A program made the translations under genes and the position numbers. A stretch of DNA of 13,345 bases from an uncultured Muribaculaceae bacterium (GTDB lineage: Bacteria > Pseudomonadota > Alphaproteobacteria > Rs-D84), in assembly GCA_964371145.1 (NCBI GenBank), contig CAYJKO010000002.1, positions 77,454-90,798 on the forward strand. The letters run 5' to 3'. The notes under the pieces were generated by a model, which was given only the letters and a program-made list of their open reading frames with translations, made no database searches and had not been told where the DNA came from. This document shows positions 6,993-13,345 of this stretch, one piece after another (position 1 is the stretch's first letter; every line of letters begins with the position of its first letter).

Positions 6993-9485
6993 TTAATCAT
7001 CACGACGGGCAAAATCGTCATATTCTTGATATTTTTGATTACCGGTTTCCCTGTATTCGTAAATCGCAAAATCTTTTGAATATTGCATTAATAATTCTGT
7101 TACTTTTTGAACGGCCACATCAATCATTTCTGCGGTCATATCTTCATCATATGAAATTTCTTTTTCATTATTGTTTTGCAATTGCAAAAACTTAATTACC
7201 GGTCTTTTTGCACTTTTTTCAATTGGAAAACCACCCGATTGCAACATAAAAGCTTCTATCGGCAATTGCGGCATATTACCTTCTTTTAATTGGCTTTTGT
7301 TTGGCGCTGCGCCCGTTTTTACATCCGCCACAACCCCATCATAAACTATATCTGCACGCGCACGAATATTACGCCCCGCAATTCGACAATGACCTTCTAT
7401 TTCAAAATAAATTTTATCACCCGCAGATTGTAAAAATTTCACAATTTGGGGCGCCATTTTTTTGAATCTTCGTTGCCAAAAATAAAACAATATACTGTCT
7501 TTTGGTAAAACGTCTTTTGCAAAATTTTCTAATTCATTTACGATTTGTTCTTCTGTTTTTCCAATCGCATTTTCAACAACCGAATGCACCATATTTCCGA
7601 AATCACGTTGGTCCAAATTTTCCCATTCATCTTTTATCGGGCGTAATTTCAAAATCTTTTTTACATAAAAAGCATACGGGTTATGAATTAACAATTCCAA
7701 ATCCGTTACATATAAATTTGATTTTTGTGCAGGCGGATTTGGCGCCGCATAATTCAAAGGATTTTTTTTAACATCCATTTTATCCAAAACGCGCGATAGA
7801 AATTCTGTATTTTTTGAAATTGATTTTGCGCATACATTTACGCGCGATAAAAATCTGGATTCTATTGTACCAGATGTGCCAGATGTTTTACTGCGCAACC
7901 AAAATACATTTTCTGCGCATGATAAATTCATAAAATCCAAAGCCATCAAAGAAACTTTACGTGCGGGTGGTGGCAAACCTATTTTATTTGTAACAGATAA
8001 TGGCAACCATGGGTTTTCATAACCCAATGCCGGAAACATTCCGTCATTCAAACCGGTTAATATAACAATGTCCGCGGTTTGCATTCTGGATTCAACCGTA
8101 CCCAAAACTTTTACAATCGCCCCATCATTCATTTGTCCGCGAACGGATATAGTTTTAAGAACATCTTTTATAAATAAAACACTGTCCCATAAATTTAAAA
8201 TTACATTGTGTTTTAATAAAACATCAGATAAATTTTTTATCGATTCCCATACCGCAATACTGTCATCTGATTCTATATCAAATTCAGGCTTGAATGAATC
8301 CGAATTTTTTTCATAACAATTTTGTAACGCTTTGAACAAATCGAAATTGCATTTATTGTATTCTGTATCGAAAACCATATCTTTGTTTTCAATTGCGTCT
8401 TCTAAAAAATTTAAAACCGCACGTCCCGCATATGTCATATTTCCCGATATTCCACCCGAAAAATCAGACGATATATTTTTCTTTTCCAATGCATAAAATA
8501 TTCTGGTGTTTGCGGCAGCATCCGGTGTTATAACCAAAACAGATTTATTATGTGATTTTGCATATTCTGCAATTTCTGCGACAACGTCCGCCTCTCCGGC
8601 TTCGTTTTCTGTTTCTATTAATTGTTGTTTTAAATCAACATCTGTTTTAATTCCAGAATTAGAAAAAGCTGTATTAAAAAAATCTATATCTGAATTGCCG
8701 ACATCCAAAGTTTTTATATCGGATAAATTTTTATTCAAAGATTTAATAAATTTATATTCTGAAAAATATGGATTTGTTGGTAATAAAAATTCGTTTTCAT
8801 TTCCCGATATTTTCCCCGGCAAAATTATATATCCATTATCCATATTTGCGATATGTTGCATTAATTTGGCGGCAACAGGGACACTGGCGGTGGATCCGCA
8901 AACAATTATTTTTTCATAATTTTTTAATAATTTCACCCACCCCAAAACACCCGCGTTTCTGTGTTGTACTTTTGTAACACTGTTCCCCAAAACGGCTGGA
9001 AAAACTTTGGTTAATATATCTAAAAATTTTGCTTTGTGTTTAAAATGTTTTGCGTATTTTTCATCGACCAAATCTATAAAATTTATTTCATCTGGATTGA
9101 TACCTTCGTTTTCGATATAATCCAGCATTCGTAATAATTGTGTCGCCAAAGGCAAAGCCACAGAAAAACTGGAAATAGCATCATCCGCCATTAATAATTT
9201 GGTTAATAAAACAATTCTTTCAGTATTCGAAATAACATCCACATCAATTATGTCGGACTCGCCATCGAACCCCTCTTCCCCCAACGGCACCAATTCTGGC
9301 AATATAACGCCCGCCCCTAATTTTTGGACAAACATATTAGTGACGGATTTCACGCTGCGTCGGCTGGGCAAAAAAATCAGATTTTTTGAATAATCTTTTT
9401 TTTGTGACTCTCCGATTATTTGCCATAATCCATCTAAAATTTTTGCAGGATTTGAAACGTTGAAAATATTATAATTTGTAACCAA
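6993..9485 (-). CDS. addB: double-strand break repair protein AddB, alphaproteobacterial type (PD-(D/E)xK nuclease C-terminal domain)
   Basis: 830 aa. The C-terminal RecB-like nuclease motif RARADIVYDGVVADVKTGAAPNKSQLKEGNMPQLPIEAFML and the terminal YQEYDDFARRDD match my memory of alphaproteobacterial AddB (..IDYKTG..P....G..PQL.LEA.., ..YDHLAR..). The N-terminus NIFNVSNPAKILDGLW and the CGSTASVP segment also fit. The start codon is TTG (9485-9483) with a strong SD, GAGGA (9494-9490), 4 nt upstream. It overlaps the engB 3' end by 17 nt. Confidence 0.85.
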   Translation of the reverse strand: MVTNYNIFNVSNPAKILDGLWQIIGESQKKDYSKNLIFLPSRRSVKSVTNMFVQKLGAGVILPELVPLGEEGFDGESDIIDVDVISNTERIVLLTKLLMADDAISSFSVALPLATQLLRMLDYIENEGINPDEINFIDLVDEKYAKHFKHKAKFLDILTKVFPAVLGNSVTKVQHRNAGVLGWVKLLKNYEKIIVCGSTASVPVAAKLMQHIANMDNGYIILPGKISGNENEFLLPTNPYFSEYKFIKSLNKNLSDIKTLDVGNSDIDFFNTAFSNSGIKTDVDLKQQLIETENEAGEADVVAEIAEYAKSHNKSVLVITPDAAANTRIFYALEKKNISSDFSGGISGNMTYAGRAVLNFLEDAIENKDMVFDTEYNKCNFDLFKALQNCYEKNSDSFKPEFDIESDDSIAVWESIKNLSDVLLKHNVILNLWDSVLFIKDVLKTISVRGQMNDGAIVKVLGTVESRMQTADIVILTGLNDGMFPALGYENPWLPLSVTNKIGLPPPARKVSLMALDFMNLSCAENVFWLRSKTSGTSGTIESRFLSRVNVCAKSISKNTEFLSRVLDKMDVKKNPLNYAAPNPPAQKSNLYVTDLELLIHNPYAFYVKKILKLRPIKDEWENLDQRDFGNMVHSVVENAIGKTEEQIVNELENFAKDVLPKDSILFYFWQRRFKKMAPQIVKFLQSAGDKIYFEIEGHCRIAGRNIRARADIVYDGVVADVKTGAAPNKSQLKEGNMPQLPIEAFMLQSGGFPIEKSAKRPVIKFLQLQNNNEKEISYDEDMTAEMIDVAVQKVTELLMQYSKDFAIYEYRETGNQKYQEYDDFARRDD

Positions 9486-10026
9486 TGATTCCTCGTAAAA
9501 TATCTATACCTGTTTTTTTCTCGGCGGACGTCGTAACAATTTCTTCTATCATAGCCGGATGATCGGTATGTTTAATTTCCATTTGTTTTTCTTCACGAAT
9601 TCTTTTGTCTTTTTTTGTATAAATAATTTGAAAAGGCACACCGTGCGCATCACAAAATTCCATTAATTCTATATCGGAATTTTTAACTCCGACGCGTGAA
9701 TCTATTAAAATAAATAAACGAGACAGCTGGCTGCGATTTAACAAATATTCTTCTAATCTTTCCAACCAACGCAACGAGTCTGTTTTTGATACTTTTGCAT
9801 ATCCATATCCCGGCAAATCCATAATCATAAAAGAATCATTAAAATTAAATAAATTCAAAGATTGTGTACGCCCCGGTGTTTTAGAAGTACGAGCAATAAC
9901 GTGTCCCGCAAATGCATTTATTAAAGATGATTTTCCAACATTACTGCGCCCGATAAAAGCATATTCAACTATGTTTGTTTTTGGTAATTGTGAAACTTTA
10001 TCAAAGCTTCCCATAAATTTAATCAT
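9469..10026 (-). CDS. engB: ribosome biogenesis GTP-binding protein EngB (YihA/YsxC)
   Basis: 185 aa. EYAFIGRSNVGKSSLINAF (G1), DLPGYGYA (G3) and YTKKDK (G4), with typical EngB length and order. ATG start with AAGGAA 7 nt upstream, 13 nt after the rsmI stop. Confidence 0.93.
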   Translation of the reverse strand: MIKFMGSFDKVSQLPKTNIVEYAFIGRSNVGKSSLINAFAGHVIARTSKTPGRTQSLNLFNFNDSFMIMDLPGYGYAKVSKTDSLRWLERLEEYLLNRSQLSRLFILIDSRVGVKNSDIELMEFCDAHGVPFQIIYTKKDKRIREEKQMEIKHTDHPAMIEEIVTTSAEKKTGIDILRGIIGYKL

Positions 10027-10039
10027 ACGCGTATTCCTT

Positions 10040-10825
10040 TTATTTATCTAATAATCTTTTGTATGCTTCTTTTTTTGAAATTCCACTGCGAGCTGCAACC
10101 TCGGCGGCAGCTGATTTTGTGGACGTTGCCACAACATCATTTACGATATCTGAAATTTCACTGTCGCTTAATTTTATTTCAGGCGCCGGTGACACAACAA
10201 TAACAATTTCACCCTTTGGCGGTTTGATATTCATCAATTCAGCCGGATATCCAATAATTGTTTCTTCGTACATTTTTGTTATTTCGCGAACGATTGCGAT
10301 TTTACGTTCAGGCATAACGCGAGCGAATGCAGAAATTGTTGTCATGATTCTATTTGGGCTTTCGTAATAAATAATTGTGTGACGAATTTTATTATCAGCA
10401 GATAATTTTTTTTCATCGAAAAAACCGCAAAATGTAAATCGATCAGTTGGAAATCCAGATAATGCCAATGCGGTAACGCACGCAACCGGACCCGGAACTG
10501 CAAACACATCAATGTTGTTTTCACGGCAAGCACGGATCAATTTAAACCCAGGGTCGCTGATAGTTGGCATACCTGCGTCCGACACCAAAGCAATTTTTTC
10601 ACCCGCTCGCATTTTTTCTATTAAATTTGACGCAGAATCATTTTCATTATGTTCATGAAAAGATATTTTTTTTGTATTTATTTCAAAATGGCTGGCCAAT
10701 TTTCCGAAAACGCGTGTGTCTTCTGCGGCGATTAAATCCACATTTTTCAAAGTTTCAATAGCTCGCGGGGAAAAATCTGATAAATTCCCGATTGGTGTTC
10801 CAACAATATAAAGACCTGATTGCAT
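10040..10825 (-). CDS. rsmI: 16S rRNA (cytidine1402-2'-O)-methyltransferase RsmI (tetrapyrrole-methylase fold)
   Basis: 261 aa. LYIVGTPIGNLSDFSPRAIETLKNVDLIAAEDTR, ALVSDAGMPTISDPG and YESPNR are the RsmI signatures. AAGGA lies 6 nt upstream of the ATG. It is divergent from an LpoA-like gene, as rsmI/lpoA are in E. coli. Confidence 0.93.
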   Translation of the reverse strand: MQSGLYIVGTPIGNLSDFSPRAIETLKNVDLIAAEDTRVFGKLASHFEINTKKISFHEHNENDSASNLIEKMRAGEKIALVSDAGMPTISDPGFKLIRACRENNIDVFAVPGPVACVTALALSGFPTDRFTFCGFFDEKKLSADNKIRHTIIYYESPNRIMTTISAFARVMPERKIAIVREITKMYEETIIGYPAELMNIKPPKGEIVIVVSPAPEIKLSDSEISDIVNDVVATSTKSAAAEVAARSGISKKEAYKRLLDK

Positions 10826-10862
10826 TTTTAATCCTTTTATTGTACAATGATACTAATAAAAA

Positions 10863-12509
10863 ATGGATAATTCAATGTTTATAAAAAAAATTTTAAGCCT
10901 GACAATGGTTGCAACTATAATTTCTGGATGTTCTACTCAAAAAGATTGGAACAGCAATTATGCAAACAATCCAATCGGAACGCCTGAATCTATTGGCGAA
11001 ACATCCGCACAATATTTATATGGAAACATTCAAGACGTGAATTCATTGTATGCAAAAAACAATGTATCAGATGGCATTGAAATAGAATCTGTTAAAAATG
11101 TATCTGTATTATTACCAACATCTGGTGATTATGAAAAATTCGGAGACAATATAAAAGATTCTATTGAATTGGTTTTCTTTCAATCACCAGATAAAAATAT
11201 CGCAGTAAACTTTTATGATTTATCCGGCACCACATCCGAAAAAAAAGATGTAATAGACCAAGCTTTATCTTCAAACCCAAGCGTTATTATCGGACCTATT
11301 TTTGCAGAAGAAGCAAAAATGATTCGCAGCAAAAAATCACCTGAAACACCGGTAATTTCATTCACATCTGACACAACCGCTTTGGGAAATGGTGTTTTAA
11401 GCATAGCGTTAATCCCATCTCAAAGTATTGAAACAATTGTGTCATTTGCAAAATCAGAAGAACGTAAAAATATGATTATTTTTGCGCCAAACACCCAATC
11501 CGGCAAATGGATGGCGGGTGCCGCTGAACTATCAACAGAAATATATGACATAGAATTAGATGGATTATTTTATTATGAACCCGGAAACACAGATTCTATG
11601 AAAACGGCTGCATCAACCGCCGCTATGTACAACACCCGTATGGCTGCAAACACAAAAGCGCGTGAAATATTATCAAACATAATTGTTAACGAAGAATTAA
11701 ACAGAGATGAAAAAGAAGATTTAGAAAAACAATTAGAAAATATTTCTAAAATGGAAACTACTGGTAAATTACCATATGATTCAATTTTGTTTTTGGGCGA
11801 TTTAAATGATTCTCAAACAATCACATCTTTCTTGCGTTATTATGACGTTGCAAAAAAAGATGCGGCTATTTATGGCACCGCACTGTGGGATGTGCCAAAC
11901 AAAAATTACGACATGTCTATGTCTGACGCAAAATTCGCGGCTTTGCCCGGGATGAGCCATAGATTTATACAAACACATAAACAATTATCAGACACCGACC
12001 CATCTCGCATAGATTCATTCGCATGGGACGCCGCGGTTGTTGCAAAAAATATGTTGAAATCTGACAAAACATATGGCGATTTTTTAATGAACCCATCGGG
12101 CTATATTGGTAATGATGGTTTATTTCGCTTTCGTCCTAACGGAGAAAATGAACGTGCATTAGAAATCAAAAATATAAATAACAATGTTTTAAAATCATCT
12201 GCGCAAAATTTTAAATTACAAATGTATAATTTACAAACAAATAAAATATCAAACGCGCGCGCAAAAAGATTATCTGCAAACAATATAGACGTTATGGAAT
12301 TCATAACTGTTCCAAACAGATATTATGATAAATACGCAATTACGTCCATAGACGAATATAAAGATTATGTAAAAAATGATATGGCAGAAATTCCAGAATA
12401 CATTGTCCCAGATGACGCGTCGGACGCAACAGTATCTGAAAATTTTAAACCTATAAATTTAGATAATGTAAAAAAAGAATTAATAACGGAAATTGAAATA
12501 ATCGAATAA
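10863..12509 (+). CDS. LpoA-like penicillin-binding-protein activator / type-I periplasmic-binding-fold lipoprotein
   Basis: Lipoprotein signal peptide with lipobox IISG-C (Cys23 counted from ATG 10863; an alternative start MFIKK at 10875 gives a more canonical n-region). The VSVLLPTSGDYEKFGDNIKDSIELVF and VIIGPIFAEEA segments resemble the LivJ/LpoA-C-type binding fold. Divergent synteny with rsmI supports the LpoA-like call. The function is inferred, and the ~110-aa C-terminal tail is unassigned. Confidence 0.65.
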   Translation: MDNSMFIKKILSLTMVATIISGCSTQKDWNSNYANNPIGTPESIGETSAQYLYGNIQDVNSLYAKNNVSDGIEIESVKNVSVLLPTSGDYEKFGDNIKDSIELVFFQSPDKNIAVNFYDLSGTTSEKKDVIDQALSSNPSVIIGPIFAEEAKMIRSKKSPETPVISFTSDTTALGNGVLSIALIPSQSIETIVSFAKSEERKNMIIFAPNTQSGKWMAGAAELSTEIYDIELDGLFYYEPGNTDSMKTAASTAAMYNTRMAANTKAREILSNIIVNEELNRDEKEDLEKQLENISKMETTGKLPYDSILFLGDLNDSQTITSFLRYYDVAKKDAAIYGTALWDVPNKNYDMSMSDAKFAALPGMSHRFIQTHKQLSDTDPSRIDSFAWDAAVVAKNMLKSDKTYGDFLMNPSGYIGNDGLFRFRPNGENERALEIKNINNNVLKSSAQNFKLQMYNLQTNKISNARAKRLSANNIDVMEFITVPNRYYDKYAITSIDEYKDYVKNDMAEIPEYIVPDDASDATVSENFKPINLDNVKKELITEIEIIE

Positions 12510-12536
12510 AAAACCGGCAAAAAGCCGGTTTTTTTT
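12508..12536. terminator. bidirectional rho-independent terminator (LpoA-like gene on +, HD gene on -)
   Basis: AAAAAACCGGC-AAAAA-GCCGGTTTTTTTT starts within the TAA stop of the + gene and ends 5 nt before the stop of the convergent - gene. It has the same ACCGGC/GCCGGT stem as the two terminators near 4.1-4.5 kb. Confidence 0.8.
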
Positions 12537-12540
12537 AATA

Positions 12541-13194
12541 TCAATTAAATTTTACATCATAATCAGAATTCCAATCAAACCCTTGTTTTACAAAATTTTC
12601 TTTTTGTTTTTCTTTAAAAATATTTATTATTTCTTTGTATTTTGGATGCTGTGATAATTCTTTTAAACCATATTCCGCCCCCGCTTTGATATAATCATAT
12701 TCGTCTTTTGAAATATCCGCATTTATCATTTGAGATATAGTTTCCAATCTGTCACATAATTTTACAAATTTAGACTCATTCGTTTTTTGTTCTTCGTATT
12801 CATTCCATATATCACGAAGAGATTTTTTTATTTCATCCGGTAAATAACCTGTCATTAAATTTAAAGCATCCAATTCTTTTTGATGTTTTGATATTTTTAA
12901 TTCAGGATTTTTCAAAGCTTCATACGCATCTGTATCACCTGCGATTGCTTCTGGTAAATCGTGCACGGTTATCATTTTATAAATTTTCGCAATATCCATA
13001 TCCACAATTTTATAATATTCAATTATCAACATCGCCAACAATCCAACAGAATACGAATGAGCCGCAACATTATCTGATATTATATTACCAAATTTATCCG
13101 CGCCAATTATTCCCCATGGTTCGCCATTCCATCTGGTTTCTTTTTTCAAATTTTCTGCAATTTTCCAAAATTTATAAATATCTGTCATGATCAT
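12541..13194 (-). CDS. HD-domain metal-dependent phosphohydrolase (YfbR/HDDC2-like 5'-nucleotidase family)
   Basis: The H...HD...D metal-binding pattern is present (NVAAHSYSVGLLAMLI; ITVHDLPEAIAGDT; KFVKLCDRLETISQ). Length and motif spacing fit the HD_3/YfbR-like group. The AAGG SD (13200-13197) is only 2 nt from the first ATG (13194) but 8 nt from the second (13188, MTDIYKFW), so the true start may be 13188. This is the only gene here ending in TGA. Confidence 0.85.
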   Translation of the reverse strand: MIMTDIYKFWKIAENLKKETRWNGEPWGIIGADKFGNIISDNVAAHSYSVGLLAMLIIEYYKIVDMDIAKIYKMITVHDLPEAIAGDTDAYEALKNPELKISKHQKELDALNLMTGYLPDEIKKSLRDIWNEYEEQKTNESKFVKLCDRLETISQMINADISKDEYDYIKAGAEYGLKELSQHPKYKEIINIFKEKQKENFVKQGFDWNSDYDVKFN

Positions 13195-13213
13195 AACCTT
13201 TTAATTTTTATTA

Positions 13214-13243
13214 ATTATAAATTAAAAACCAAATGTTTTGCAA
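13214..13243 (-). promoter_or_regulatory. candidate sigma70-type promoter of the HD-domain gene
   Basis: On the minus strand: TTGCAA (13243-13238), 18-nt spacer, TATAAT (13219-13214), about 20 nt upstream of the start codons. The AT-rich context makes chance matches likely. Confidence 0.3.
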
Positions 13244-13252
13244 CAATATCTC

Positions 13253-13345
13253 ATGACTCTATCACAAAAAAAATACCGTATGTTTTTTGGTGTACGTTGC
13301 TGGATTGTTAATTCCCACGAATGCATTCGCGGGTCCCTTTCCCCT
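13253..13345 (+). CDS. possible 5' end of a secreted-protein gene (reading frame ambiguous), truncated by the right window edge
   Basis: ATG 13253 opens a frame that stays open to the window end (MTLSQKKYRMFFGVRCWIVNSHECIRGSLSP). The frame displaced by one nt reads ..HKKNTVCFLVYVAGLLIPTNAFA/GPFP, a textbook signal peptide, but its only in-frame starts are TTG 13287 and GTG 13290, which lie past the basic n-region. The segment is GC-richer than the adjacent spacer. A structured RNA is an alternative I cannot exclude. Confidence 0.3.
   Translation, partial: MTLSQKKYRMFFGVRCWIVNSHECIRGSLSP

Noticed and set aside
6996-7037. The AddB C-terminus reads Q-x2-Q-x5-A (QKYQEYDDFA) where Bacillus-type AddB has the C-x2-C-x5-C iron-sulfur cluster cysteines, which could mean loss of the Fe-S 'iron staple'.
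   Set aside because: As far as I recall, alphaproteobacterial-type AddB ends in a Cys-free Y-x-D-Y-D-H-L-A-R motif, which this sequence (YQEYDDFAR) matches. It is therefore probably a lineage norm and not a novel loss. A family alignment would be needed to say more.
12535-12543. Possible TGA-as-Trp recoding (genetic code 4), because the HD gene is the only one ending in TGA and a TAA follows two codons later
   Set aside because: No accepted gene contains an in-frame TGA, Trp is encoded by TGG throughout, and every protein has normal length under the standard code.
13285-13345. GC-rich right edge considered as a tRNA, 5S rRNA, tmRNA, RNase P RNA, SRP RNA or riboswitch fragment
   Set aside because: There is no T-arm (GGTTCGAATCC-like) or D-arm, no 5S loop-E GAGAGTAGG/GATGGTA, no tmRNA GGATTCGAC, no RNase P GAGGAAAGTCC or ACAGAACCCGGCTTA, and no FMN/TPP/B12 core motifs. 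Only vague partial resemblances were seen. The fragment is too short and truncated for any call.
1-13345. CRISPR arrays, tandem repeats, rRNA/tRNA genes, transposases/integrases and known defence or toxin-antitoxin genes
   Set aside because: None was seen on either strand. Every intergenic spacer is 151 nt or shorter and is accounted for by promoters, SD sequences, terminators or the candidate sORF.

Overview
This is an AT-rich chromosomal segment, roughly one-third G+C by spot counts. Gene content looks alphaproteobacterial: an alphaproteobacterial-type AddB, a DUF721 protein, a yebC-ruvC pair and a divergent rsmI/LpoA-like pair. The tight spacing suggests a compact or reduced genome. Almost everything is housekeeping DNA repair/recombination or RNA/ribosome maturation. 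Left to right: 3' end of an MltA-like gene (+), DUF721/DciA-like (+), a small membrane protein (-), ruvC (-), yebC (-), ruvA (+), mnmE (+), an orphan 116-aa gene (-), an AMP-forming acyl-CoA ligase (-), xth (+), addB (-), engB (-), rsmI (-), an LpoA-like lipoprotein (+), an HD-domain hydrolase (-), and a truncated GC-richer segment at the right edge. Inferred transcription units are yebC-ruvC (possibly continuing into the small membrane protein and a 29-codon sORF), ruvA-mnmE (2-nt gap), the monocistronic orphan gene, the monocistronic ligase, xth, rsmI-engB-addB (13-nt gap, then a 17-nt overlap), the LpoA-like gene, and the HD gene. Three very similar hairpin terminators (AAAAACCGGC-N5-GCCGGTTTTT) close these units. 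Of the 14 complete genes accepted from the ORF track, 13 stop with TAA, one with TGA and none with TAG. Trp is TGG and the standard code fits. I saw no rRNA, tRNA, CRISPR array, transposase, integrase or recognisable defence/toxin gene. I do not see a convincing novel multi-gene system; this reads as ordinary core genome. Three modest leads stand out: (1) the orphan 116-aa gene bracketed by two near-identical terminator copies, (2) a textbook signal peptide at the right edge that is one nucleotide out of frame with the only ATG, and (3) a small membrane protein plus unannotated sORF pair downstream of ruvC. All family calls come from motif recognition by eye; no searches were run.
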